DNA of 64,000 nucleotides. Source: Minisyncoccota bacterium. Its GTDB lineage: Bacteria; Patescibacteriota; Minisyncoccia; Phycocordibacterales; UBA6065. A model generated the notes under the pieces. It saw only the letters and a list, made by a program, of their open reading frames with translations, did not search any database and had not been told where the DNA came from. Positions 1 through 8,427 of this stretch are shown here, piece by piece. A program made the translations under genes and the position numbers. The stretch is from the NCBI GenBank assembly GCA_036400935.1, contig DASWWW010000003.1:35716-99715 (forward strand), read 5' to 3'. Positions within the stretch are counted from its first letter, which is position 1; each line of letters starts with the position of its first letter.

Positions 1-220
1 CGACAAGACTTCGGGCGAGAAGAAGTATCGCACCGAGATCGTCGCAGAATTGGTCCAGTTCGGACCAAAGGCAGGCGGCTTCGGCGGGGCAGAGGCTCCC
101 GCGTCGCGACCAGCGGCGGCATCGAGCGCGAAATCTTCGGCCTCAGCGCCAAAGAAGGACGCTGTCGACACCATCGACTATCCGTCAGAGGACATCAATC
201 CTGAAGACATCCCATTCTAA
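1..220 (+). CDS. ssb: Single-stranded DNA-binding protein, C-terminal fragment (the 5' end lies outside the window).
   Basis: In-frame translation ends ...GGFGGAEAP...EDINPEDIPF*. The Gly-rich linker plus acidic DIPF tail is the SSB C-terminal signature. rpsR follows immediately, matching the conserved ssb-rpsR order. Confidence 0.6.
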   Translation, partial: DKTSGEKKYRTEIVAELVQFGPKAGGFGGAEAPASRPAAASSAKSSASAPKKDAVDTIDYPSEDINPEDIPF

Positions 221-238
221 AAGTTATAACCAATCATT

Positions 239-442
239 ATGAGCAAGCAGTGTTTCTTCAAACAGAACAATATCCAGCACGTCGACTACAAGGATACTGA
301 GATCTTGAAAAAGTTCCTCAATCCTCACGCTCGAATCCTCAGCAAGAAGCGCACCAGCGTTTCTGCCACGAATCAGCGAAAGCTCGCCGAGGCAGTAAAG
401 CGAGCGCGATTCATGGGCCTTCTCCCATATATCGCCCGATAG
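239..442 (+). CDS. rpsR: 30S ribosomal protein S18.
   Basis: The 67-aa ORF has the typical S18 sequence (FFKQNNIQHVDYKDTEILKKF...RKLAEAVKRARFMGLLPY). Confidence 0.9.
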   Translation: MSKQCFFKQNNIQHVDYKDTEILKKFLNPHARILSKKRTSVSATNQRKLAEAVKRARFMGLLPYIAR

Positions 443-455
443 TTCTGATAGACGA

Positions 456-482
456 GAGCCTCCCCGAAAGGGAGGCTTTTCG
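456..482 (+). terminator. Rho-independent terminator after rpsR.
   Basis: gagcctccccgaaagggaggc hairpin followed by a T-run. Confidence 0.55.
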
Positions 483-522
483 TTGACTTTGCCCGACTGC
501 GGGGGTAATGTTTCTGGGCATC

Positions 523-822
523 ATGAGTAAATGCAGATACGGCAAAGTTCTTTTTTGGAAGCCTGAGTTCGGTCTCGGTCAGATTCAGGAAGACGATACG
601 GGGGCCAAATTTACCTTCGGAGTTTCGGGCCGCAGGAATGCCGAACGTTCGGAAGTGGCTCTCAGTCTCACTTCAGGTGCTTGCTACGTGGGGCCGAAAT
701 GGCTTCAGCTCGAGCGGCGTGAGATTCCGGTCAGACGCCCGAAAGATGGTGATCGCGTGGTGTTCGATCCTGATATTTACGGATCGCCCGAGGATCCGGT
801 TTGGGATTTCATGGATCCTTAG
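523..822 (+). CDS. Hypothetical protein with an N-terminal cold-shock-like (CSD/OB) motif.
   Basis: MSKCRYGKVLFWKPEFGLGQIQEDDTGAKFTFGVSG resembles the CspA pattern (G.V.WFN..KGFGFI..DDG..F.F). Start chosen at the second ATG (523); the ORF tool starts at 508. Confidence 0.4.
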   Translation: MSKCRYGKVLFWKPEFGLGQIQEDDTGAKFTFGVSGRRNAERSEVALSLTSGACYVGPKWLQLERREIPVRRPKDGDRVVFDPDIYGSPEDPVWDFMDP

Positions 823-845
823 TAACTTGGTAGTTAGCCTTCAAA

Positions 846-880
846 CCACATAACCCCTAGCGGTCGTGTGGCTTTTTATT
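846..880 (+). terminator. Weak hairpin plus T-run downstream of the 523-822 gene.
   Basis: ccaca...tgtgg stem followed by ctttttatt. The loop is long, so this is a weak call. Confidence 0.3.
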
Positions 881-1034
881 GACTTTGGATGGGGAGAAGG
901 GCAATATGCGCTTATCACTCCGCCTAGGCGCAGTGGGCCGTTAACGGGCCTTTCTCGGGCTCGTAATGCAGGATACCGCACTCCGCGGAAGCTGCATTCC
1001 ATGCTGGCAACGGGAACCTCTCAAAGGAGGAAAC

Positions 1035-1529
1035 ATGAGAAATCGCAAAAAAGACAAGAAGAAAACGCCGGAAGAAACGCTCATCGAAACCGCAAACAAG
1101 ATGATCAATGAGTGCCGACAAGCCAGTTCGGCGCTTTATTGGGACGAAGCGACGCGGTTGGAGCCGCCGACGTTCTTCCAGTCGATATCCGGTCTCAGTC
1201 ATCGGCTGGAGACCAATTTCAGCCCTGAGACTTTGGGCGAGATTGGCGCGCTCGGCCTCGGTCACAGCAGTTCTACCGACTGGCGCCGGACATCGATGCT
1301 GGATATCTGCGGCCCCGGTCCCCGCCGTGATTTCGATTTCGACATGGTTGATGGAAAGATGCTCTTGGTTCGACTGGCTCGAATTGTCATTGCGGCTGCC
1401 ATGTATGACATTCTGGCGACTCGGCATACCCTAAGCATCGAGGCTGGATCGGTGCCTCGCAGCACAACTTATGTGCCGCCAAAGCTGCTCCGCGAGTATG
1501 TTCGCAAGGTGCGCCGGGCCCATATCTGA
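1035..1529 (+). CDS. Hypothetical protein with a Lys-rich N-terminus.
   Basis: The ORF has an ATG preceded by aaaggagg. The + strand is supported by a downstream hairpin plus T-run. The competing minus-strand ORF 924-1427 looks non-coding. Confidence 0.45.
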   Translation: MRNRKKDKKKTPEETLIETANKMINECRQASSALYWDEATRLEPPTFFQSISGLSHRLETNFSPETLGEIGALGLGHSSSTDWRRTSMLDICGPGPRRDFDFDMVDGKMLLVRLARIVIAAAMYDILATRHTLSIEAGSVPRSTTYVPPKLLREYVRKVRRAHI

Positions 1530-1555
1530 TATTCAAGTTCTTTCGTGCAGCAAAT

Positions 1556-1585
1556 CGCGAGACCTTTCGGTCCCGCGTTTTTTAT
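1556..1585 (+). terminator. Rho-independent terminator, possibly bidirectional with efp.
   Basis: cgcgagacc-tttc-ggtcccgcg hairpin followed by ttttttatt. Confidence 0.5.
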
Positions 1586-1593
1586 TGCCTGAG

Positions 1594-2190
1594 CTATTTA
1601 TTGATGCGCTCTCGGTACTCGCCGGTGTCGGTGTTTACCTTTACAACGTCGCCTACGTTGACGAAGAGGGGAGCGGTGACGACCAATCCTCCCTTGAGGA
1701 CGATCTGCTTGCCTCCGCCTCGGGCGGTGTCGCCCTTGATGCCTGGAGGAGCCTCCATGACCTCGAGATCTACTGTCGCAGGGAGCTTGATGTCGAAGAT
1801 GATGCCGTCCGCCTCGTCCGTGTCAGGAGCGATATAGACCTGGAGGTCGTAGATCTCGTTAGGGAGGAGGAACTTCGACTTGACGCCGAGGAGCTCTTCA
1901 GAGATCTTGAATCGCTTGCCTGGATTGGTCGGGTCGCAGAACCACCACTCGCCCTTGGAGCTGTAGAGGAATTTCGCCTCGCGGGTAGTGATCTCGGCCT
2001 CTTCTACTTTGTCCGCAGCGTGGAAGGTGACGTCAGAGATGCGTCCTGTAAGGAGGTTCTTGATCTTGGTCTTGTTCTGGGGCTTGCGCTGCTGCATGCG
2101 GAAGATATGGTTCTCCATAACCTCGTACGGCTCGCCCTCGTATACGATGTATTTCCGGACTGTTATCTCGCTGTAATCAAGCATCGACAT
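1594..2190 (-). CDS. efp: Elongation factor P.
   Basis: 198 aa. The C-terminal LKGGLVVTAPLFVNVGDVVKVNTDTGEYRERI and the loop region RMQQRKPQNK align with EF-P. Confidence 0.85.
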   Translation of the reverse strand: MSMLDYSEITVRKYIVYEGEPYEVMENHIFRMQQRKPQNKTKIKNLLTGRISDVTFHAADKVEEAEITTREAKFLYSSKGEWWFCDPTNPGKRFKISEELLGVKSKFLLPNEIYDLQVYIAPDTDEADGIIFDIKLPATVDLEVMEAPPGIKGDTARGGGKQIVLKGGLVVTAPLFVNVGDVVKVNTDTGEYRERINK

Positions 2191-2430
2191 AGTTTTTTGT
2201 AATATGGCTTAGTAGGGCTTTATCCTAGCGCAGGAGCAGGGGATTGTCCATTATCCACGGCATGCCGGCGGATTTGAGCTTTGCTTCATATTTTCTTGAG
2301 CAGATCTTTATGCGCGGATCGCTATTGTAGGTCCAGATCGCACTTTCAAACATGTGGACCAAGCGCAGAAATCGCCCATCGGGCGGTTTTCTGTTTGCGA
2401 CGTTTGTTGGCAATGCGAGCCAAAGGAATT

Positions 2431-2928
2431 ATGATTGGTGCCATGAACACACTCGTCTATCCTCACGCGCTCAAGTTCGTCGCGGCCGTCACCCGTGCCC
2501 TTGATACGCTCGCTTCTGCCGCTAGGGAGCAAGGGCGTTATCCTGCCGGCTATTTCACTGTACGTTCAAGGCGGGACAACACGCTCGCACTCTTGATGCC
2601 TTTCGGCGACGGCGTGGCCGAGCACACCAATCCGGAAAAGTATGTTGGCTGGCGGGACAAGGCCCTTGAGAAAGGCGACAGGCTCTTTAATAATCCAGGC
2701 CATGTGAGCAGCTGGCAGTCTCGCGATCCTGAAAAGAAGAAATACGGCGGGGCGATAGCTGTCGGCGATTATATTCTGACGTTCTCGGGCCTTCCTGAGG
2801 CCTTGGACGAGGCCTTGTGCGCACTCGTGGCGCTCGATATGGGCATTGCTGATGCGCAGACCGTCCAGAAGATATTTGAAGTGAGCGGAAATGCCGAGGG
2901 CCAAAGGTTTCTGGCACAGATCAAATAA
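2431..2928 (+). CDS. GlcG/HbpS-like (DUF336) putative heme-binding protein.
   Basis: YGGAIAVGDYILTFSGLPEALDEALCALVALDMGI resembles the GlcG core (GG.I...G..IGAIGVSG..V..D). Start chosen at ATG 2431, which follows aaagga; alternative starts are 2413 and 2443. Confidence 0.35.
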   Translation: MIGAMNTLVYPHALKFVAAVTRALDTLASAAREQGRYPAGYFTVRSRRDNTLALLMPFGDGVAEHTNPEKYVGWRDKALEKGDRLFNNPGHVSSWQSRDPEKKKYGGAIAVGDYILTFSGLPEALDEALCALVALDMGIADAQTVQKIFEVSGNAEGQRFLAQIK

Positions 2929-2931
2929 AGC

Positions 2932-2962
2932 GAAAGCCGCCCTTGGGCGGCTTTCGTTTTGC
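2932..2962 (+). terminator. Bidirectional rho-independent terminator between the 2431 gene and recA.
   Basis: gaaagccgccc-ttgg-gggcggctttc hairpin followed by gttttg. Confidence 0.55.
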
Positions 2963-2974
2963 ACGAGAAGGGGA

Positions 2975-4078
2975 CTAGATTTCCTTGAGCTTCTCTCGGA
3001 TCTTCTTCAAGATCTCGTTTGTGATCTTCGAATTCTCCTTGAGGAATTGGCGGGTAGCGTCGTATCCGCGGCCGAGGGCGATTTTTTCGCCTCCTTCAGG
3101 CTGGTACGAGTACGATGCGCCCGATTTCGCGATGATGCCGTGCGACTCGCCGAGAGCGATGATCTCGCCCTCGCGGCTGATGCCTTCGTTGTACATGAGG
3201 TCGAACTCGGTCTGCTTGAATGGGGCGGCGACCTTGTTCTTTACGACCTTAACGCGCACGCGGCCTCCGACGATCTCTTCGCCTTTTTTAATTTGCGCGA
3301 TGCGGCGGATATCGAGTCGGACAGAGGTGTAGAATTTGAGAGCCTTGCCGCCTGGAGTGGTCTCAGGATTGCCGAACATGACTCCGATCTGCATGCGGAT
3401 CTGGTTGATGAAGATGACGACGGTTTTCGACTTTGCGGTGATGGCGGTGAGCTTTCGGAGGGCCTGCGACATGAGGCGTGCCTGCTTGCCCATATGCGAC
3501 GCTCCCATGTCTCCCTCGATCTCATCCTTTGGGGTGAGGGCGGCGACGGAGTCGATGACGACTACGTCGAGCTTGCCCGATCGTACGAGCGATTCTACGA
3601 TCTCGAGAGCCTGCTCGCCGGTGTCAGGCTGCGAGATGAGGAGATCGTCGATCTTTACGCCGATCTTCTTTGAGTATTCGGGATCCATCGCGTGCTCGGC
3701 GTCGATGAACGCGCAGATGCCGCCTTGCTTCTGGGCCTCGGCGATGATGTGGAGGGAGAGGGTAGTCTTTCCGGACGATTCAGGCCCGTATATTTCGATA
3801 ATTCGGCCGCGGGGAACGCCTCCGATGCCCAAAGCGGCATCGAGTCCGATCGAGCCGGTAGGGATGGCGTTTATGTTTACCTTCGGCTTTGCGCCGAGCT
3901 TCATGATGGCTTCGTCGCCGAACTTGGTTCGGATGGCCGCGAGGGTATCGTCCATATTCGCGGGCGCCTTTTTAGATGCGACGGGCTCGTCATCGTTGGT
4001 GACTGTTCGTTCCTCGTCTTTTTCCTCGACCTTCTTAGCTGGAGCGTCCTTCAAATCCTTCTTGTCTTTTTTTGCCAT
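2975..4078 (-). CDS. recA: Recombinase RecA, with an approximately 41-aa Lys/Glu-rich N-terminal extension if translation starts at 4078.
   Basis: Walker [17 protein letters not shown], the L2 loop and the C-terminal domain are all present. The canonical RecA N-terminus would begin at the internal [13 protein letters not shown]. Confidence 0.95.
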   Translation of the reverse strand: MAKKDKKDLKDAPAKKVEEKDEERTVTNDDEPVASKKAPANMDDTLAAIRTKFGDEAIMKLGAKPKVNINAIPTGSIGLDAALGIGGVPRGRIIEIYGPESSGKTTLSLHIIAEAQKQGGICAFIDAEHAMDPEYSKKIGVKIDDLLISQPDTGEQALEIVESLVRSGKLDVVVIDSVAALTPKDEIEGDMGASHMGKQARLMSQALRKLTAITAKSKTVVIFINQIRMQIGVMFGNPETTPGGKALKFYTSVRLDIRRIAQIKKGEEIVGGRVRVKVVKNKVAAPFKQTEFDLMYNEGISREGEIIALGESHGIIAKSGASYSYQPEGGEKIALGRGYDATRQFLKENSKITNEILKKIREKLKEI

Positions 4079-4079
4079 G

Positions 4080-4433
4080 TTATTTATAGATTAGCTGCAA
4101 TGTCTTCTGTGCCGTCCTGCCGAAACGATCTTTTGCTTCAAGGGTCATTATATTATATCCGTACGAAAGAAGTACCTGTTCCGAGAATACGCCCGACTCG
4201 TCGGTAAATATCTTCTCGCCATTGAGGGTGAGGAAGGATATGTTGCGGGCGAATCCCTTTACCTCGACTAATGATTCGGCCAAGGTCGCCCCGTTGGCAG
4301 GGGAGTCTATGCCGATATCGGGACCCTCGATAAAGCTCATGGCCCTGAATATGCCATAGCCTATGACTAGAGCGGCTACGGCCACGATAGCCCATATCTT
4401 TATCCATCGTTTTACTTTGCGGCGGTCGGTCAT
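4080..4433 (-). CDS. Small membrane-anchored hypothetical protein, translationally coupled to recA.
   Basis: 117 aa with one N-terminal TM helix ([20 protein letters not shown]). Its stop codon abuts the recA start. Confidence 0.5.
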   Translation of the reverse strand: MTDRRKVKRWIKIWAIVAVAALVIGYGIFRAMSFIEGPDIGIDSPANGATLAESLVEVKGFARNISFLTLNGEKIFTDESGVFSEQVLLSYGYNIMTLEAKDRFGRTAQKTLQLIYK

Positions 4434-4473
4434 GTGCGTCTGGAATTAGTCTCTCACCGGGCTGCTAAAGGAA

Positions 4474-6774
4474 TTATAAAGACTCGTCGTCTGCCTGTGG
4501 ATTATCCGGGGCAGCGTCCGCCTTTGGGGCAGCGCTTCCTCCGCCCATTATGACCGGCCGAGGCTTCGATCCGTCAGCCTCGCCGATAACGCCTCGCTCC
4601 TGGAGGAGATCCATCAATCGGGCCGCGCGGGAATAGCCGACGCGCAGCTTTCGCTGGATATATGAGGTCGATGCTTTGCCAGCCTCTATGACGACGCGCT
4701 TGGCCTCTTCATACATGTCGTCATCGTCGCCGCTGCCTCCGTCCGCGCCCGGCTCGTCGAGAGTCGCCGAAAAGATAGCGTTGTCTACCTGGGCTGAATC
4801 GGAAAGGTTGATCTCGTCGTTGAGCTCGTCTATGTGGCTGTCTATGAGGAACTTAACGATCTTCTTCACCTCCGCTTCGGTAATGTAGGCGCACTGGATA
4901 CGGGTAGGCTTGGACATCTCTCCGCCGAGGAAGAGCATGTCTCCCTGGCCGAGGAGCTTTTCCGCGCCCGGCTGGTCGAGAATTGTTCGGGAGTCGATCT
5001 GGGAAGCCACCTGGAGGGCGAGGCGGGAAGGGATGTTCGCCTTGATGAGGCCGGTGATGACGTTAACTGACGGTCGCTGGGTCGAAAGCATGAGATGGAT
5101 GCCGACGGCTCGGGACATCTGGGCGAGGCGGACGATGCCGGCTTCGAGCTCTCGAGGGTAAGTCTGCATGATATCGGCAAGCTCGTCGATGATCACGACG
5201 ATATACGGCATAGGATCGAGGCTCTTTGTCTCCTCAGCGTCCTCGCCGTCCTTCTTTACCTTCACTTTCTTCAATGAAGGCTGGTAGATGTTCTTGTGGT
5301 ACGAGTCGATATCGCGCACGGAGTGCTCCTGGAGGAGGTTGTAGCGCCTATCCATTTCCTTTGCCGCCCATTTGAGGGAGAGGATGGCCTTCTTGGCATC
5401 GGTAATAACAGGGGTGAGGAGGTGAGGGATCTTGTTATAGAGGGTGAGCTCGACGCGCTTCGGGTCGATCATGATGAATTTGAGCTTCTCAGGGCCCATC
5501 CGGTAGAGGAGGGACACGATAAGGGCGTGGATGGTCACGGACTTACCCGAGCCGGTAGCACCCGCAATAAGAAGGTGTGGCATTTTCGCCACGTTCTGGA
5601 ACTGGGACTTGCCCGAGATGCCCTTGCCGAGGCCGACAAGGAGGGGCTTCTCCGATGTCTGAAATTCTTCTGTTGCGAAAAGAGTGCCGAGGCCGACGGT
5701 GGTCTTTGTCGTATTAGGGATTTCGATACCGACGAGCGACTTGCCCGGAATAGGGGCCTCGACGCGGATCGAAGGGGCGGCGAGGGCATAGGCAAGGTTG
5801 TCCTGAAGGGCGACGATGCGCGAGAGCTTCACGCCTTCGGCAGGCTTGAGCGCGTATCGGGTGACAGACGGTCCGATCGACACCTCGTCCATCTCGACGT
5901 CGATGCCGAAATTCGAGAGGGTCCTCTTGATGATGTTGGCGTTAGCCTTTACGTCACCGACGACAGGCTTGCCCTTGTCGCGTTCAAGAAGGGAGAGAGG
6001 GGGCGGGGTGTACTCCTTGTCAGCATCATGCTTCGAAGGCTTGATGAAGTCCTTGTCGTCCTCGCTTGCGGCGAGCTTGAGGTCTTTCGGCTTCTTCTCA
6101 GGGACCGGCTTCTCCGCTTCCGGCTCCGGCTTCTTGATCTTCTTAGGGGCCTCTTCCTCTGGAGGAAGGTTGAGCTTGAGATTCACGTCGTCCTCGATGT
6201 CTGCCTCGTCCTCTTCCTTCTCCTCCTTTTCGCGTCGGAAGCTGAAGAGGGACTTGAGGTCGAGCTCGTCATTGAATGCGATCAATATTGAAACGACCAC
6301 GAACGATGAGAGGAAGACGAGCGCGGCAGTTGTGTCGACGAGCTTTACGAAAGGGTAGGCGGTCCAAGTTCCTACGAATCCTCCCTGGCCCTTGGAGACG
6401 ATATCGATGATGCCGAGGGTGGCGATCAAGAAGAGGAGCGATCCGTAGAGCTTTGCGACATCGAACTTGCGATGGAGATTCCGCAGGAAGGTGAGGGCGA
6501 GGACGATAGAGAGGAGGGGGAGGAGGTAGTATCCGACTCCCAACATATATGTGAGGCCGACGAAGGTGTAGTGCCCGACGATGCCCGCCTTGTGCCACGG
6601 CTCGATGGCCAAGGATGTGAACACCGCGAGCACGAAAAACGCCACGGCGGCGATGCCCTGGACGGTCTCATCCGGCAGGTTCTTTATAAAGCCTTTCTTG
6701 GTTTCCTTCTTTTCCTTGCGCTCCTTTTTTATAGGTTCCTCTACCTCGTCTTCGATAATTTTCTTTTTCGCCAT
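4474..6774 (-). CDS. ftsK: DNA translocase FtsK/SpoIIIE.
   Basis: N-terminal TM helices, a Lys/Glu-rich linker, a motor domain (GATGSGKSV, VVIIDELADIM) and a C-terminal gamma winged-helix domain (YIQRKLRVGYSRAARLMDLLQERGVIG). Confidence 0.9.
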   Translation of the reverse strand: MAKKKIIEDEVEEPIKKERKEKKETKKGFIKNLPDETVQGIAAVAFFVLAVFTSLAIEPWHKAGIVGHYTFVGLTYMLGVGYYLLPLLSIVLALTFLRNLHRKFDVAKLYGSLLFLIATLGIIDIVSKGQGGFVGTWTAYPFVKLVDTTAALVFLSSFVVVSILIAFNDELDLKSLFSFRREKEEKEEDEADIEDDVNLKLNLPPEEEAPKKIKKPEPEAEKPVPEKKPKDLKLAASEDDKDFIKPSKHDADKEYTPPPLSLLERDKGKPVVGDVKANANIIKRTLSNFGIDVEMDEVSIGPSVTRYALKPAEGVKLSRIVALQDNLAYALAAPSIRVEAPIPGKSLVGIEIPNTTKTTVGLGTLFATEEFQTSEKPLLVGLGKGISGKSQFQNVAKMPHLLIAGATGSGKSVTIHALIVSLLYRMGPEKLKFIMIDPKRVELTLYNKIPHLLTPVITDAKKAILSLKWAAKEMDRRYNLLQEHSVRDIDSYHKNIYQPSLKKVKVKKDGEDAEETKSLDPMPYIVVIIDELADIMQTYPRELEAGIVRLAQMSRAVGIHLMLSTQRPSVNVITGLIKANIPSRLALQVASQIDSRTILDQPGAEKLLGQGDMLFLGGEMSKPTRIQCAYITEAEVKKIVKFLIDSHIDELNDEINLSDSAQVDNAIFSATLDEPGADGGSGDDDDMYEEAKRVVIEAGKASTSYIQRKLRVGYSRAARLMDLLQERGVIGEADGSKPRPVIMGGGSAAPKADAAPDNPQADDESL

Positions 6775-6912
6775 AATGTAGAAATTATATCACGCGGGCG
6801 CTCAATACGGGCCTATATTTCTATGTCCTATTGCACGTCCCATTGTTTCGTGTCAGAGACAGGCGAAAGACCTTTACGTCCGTTACGCGAAAATCTATAA
6901 TGGACACACCTC

Positions 6913-6941
6913 TTGACATTTTGGTATAAAGGACATATTAT
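6913..6941 (+). promoter_or_regulatory. Sigma-70-like promoter for the 7020 gene, in the divergent region shared with ftsK.
   Basis: TTGACA, a 17-nt spacer, then TATTAT, in an AT-rich intergenic region. Confidence 0.4.
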
Positions 6942-7019
6942 ATATAGGACAAAATACGCAGTATTCTAAAGGACTATTATTAAAGACATTCTCTAATTAG
7001 CCTTAATTTACAAAGCTTT

Positions 7020-7901
7020 ATGGAAGGGACACACGAGAACCAGAATCATAGCTCTCCAACGAAGACCGAACTCGGTCTCGCATCTCTCTCGCTCTTCAAC
7101 CAGAGCGCTCACTTCTCATACATCTACAAAAAGACAGAGAAGCTTGTCACGGCGATCTACATGATCACCAACTTCATCAAGGACAGCGAGCCTTTGAAAG
7201 GGAAGCTCCGCGAGAACGCCCTCAAGCTCCTCTCCCTTAACCGCGCGTTCACTACCGTATCGCTTTCTGACAGGAAAGACCTTATGAAGGAATACCAGGG
7301 CGTGGCTCTGGAGGTATCTTCTTTGGCTACCGTCGCATATCATGGGGGACTTATTTCTGAGATGAATGCGGGAGTACTCACTCGCGAATTCAACGCTCTC
7401 GTCATGCTCATCGAAAAGGACGAGAACAAGAAGGCGAACGAGCAGACGGTCATTCTCGATTCGAGCTTCTTCCAGATCGCTCCGAATGCAGCGGTCGAAA
7501 GCCGCGTCGAGCGACCGGTCTCGGCACCGACGCCAGTGCCTAATGTCCTTTATAATATCGAGCACAAGGAGCCTATTGCAGATAAAGGACATGCCGTTCC
7601 AGCTCCAGTGGCAAGCGCTCCTGCAAAGCCTGAATACCTTTCCATTAAAGACGTCCATATGGCCCCAGCTCCAGTCGTAAGAGAGAAGACTCCGCGAACG
7701 GCAGACTCAAAGGACAGCAGGCAGTCTGTCATCCTCAAAATCCTCTCAAAGAAGGGGGGCCTCAATATCAAGGACTTTACTGACGCCATAAAGGGCGTCA
7801 GCGCAAAGACCATACAGCGAGAATTGCTCTCCATGGTCGCCGCCGGTGTCCTTAAAAAGGAGGGGGAGAGGCGTTGGAGCACCTATTCCTTGGCTGACTA
7901 G
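7020..7901 (+). CDS. Hypothetical protein with a C-terminal winged-helix-like domain.
   Basis: 293 aa. The N-terminal half is helical, the linker is Pro/Ala-rich, and the C-terminus is RQSVILKILSKKGGLNIKDFTDAIKGVSAKTIQRELLSMVAAGVLKKEG. Confidence 0.5.
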   Translation: MEGTHENQNHSSPTKTELGLASLSLFNQSAHFSYIYKKTEKLVTAIYMITNFIKDSEPLKGKLRENALKLLSLNRAFTTVSLSDRKDLMKEYQGVALEVSSLATVAYHGGLISEMNAGVLTREFNALVMLIEKDENKKANEQTVILDSSFFQIAPNAAVESRVERPVSAPTPVPNVLYNIEHKEPIADKGHAVPAPVASAPAKPEYLSIKDVHMAPAPVVREKTPRTADSKDSRQSVILKILSKKGGLNIKDFTDAIKGVSAKTIQRELLSMVAAGVLKKEGERRWSTYSLAD

Positions 7902-8427
7902 ACCTCTGCCGTCCAAGCTTGCTTTTTCCCGTTTTTCGGTATAGTATAGATAGGTGGCTAATACCCATTGGAATAAGGCTTTTAAAGGGCTTTATTCTCT
8001 TATCCACATATGTTTTTGCGCCCCAGGGCTCGAAAATATATAATTATTGGGTTACGGCATTCCAGACCTATCCGTGCTCTAGACCATTGAAAACCGAATA
8101 GCGATTAAATACCGATTACTGATTCTTTCCGACGGTGCGCCGATATTCAGACGATCCCTTACATCCCTTGCCGCTATCTCCAGACTTTGTGTCGACCTAC
8201 TTGCCCGAGGTTAAAAACTCGGGCAAAGGAAAAATAAAGTTTGGTGAATAGTCGAGGAGCAGGCGTCAGGCGAAAGCTTGGCGTTGCGCTCTACACTCCC
8301 CCTGTTGCTGTCGAAGCGCAGGGAAGAGTGAAGATTATTGAAAGTTTATTCGCGGGGCAGAGAAAGCATTCATTATTAGTACAAGCCTTTCTCTGTTTCC
8401 ATCATTACTAGAAGTACACACACAATT

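Noticed and set aside
924-1427. 167-aa minus-strand ORF overlapping the 1035-1529 plus-strand ORF.
   Set aside because: The composition is junk-like and there is no start context or terminator. The plus-strand ORF has a downstream hairpin plus T-run and an aaaggagg-spaced ATG. Strand choice is still only moderate confidence.
1471-2202. 243-aa plus-strand ORF antisense to efp.
   Set aside because: It overlaps a clearly conserved EF-P on the opposite strand. It is a typical GC-rich antisense open frame.
2891-4094. Plus-strand ORFs (260, 115 and 252 aa) inside recA.
   Set aside because: They are antisense to an unambiguous recA. The sequences are low-complexity and Arg/Ser-rich.
4676-6781. Multiple plus-strand ORFs (up to 331 aa) and nested minus-strand ORFs inside ftsK.
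   Set aside because: They are antisense or out of frame relative to a full-length conserved FtsK. The translations are repetitive and Arg/Leu-rich.
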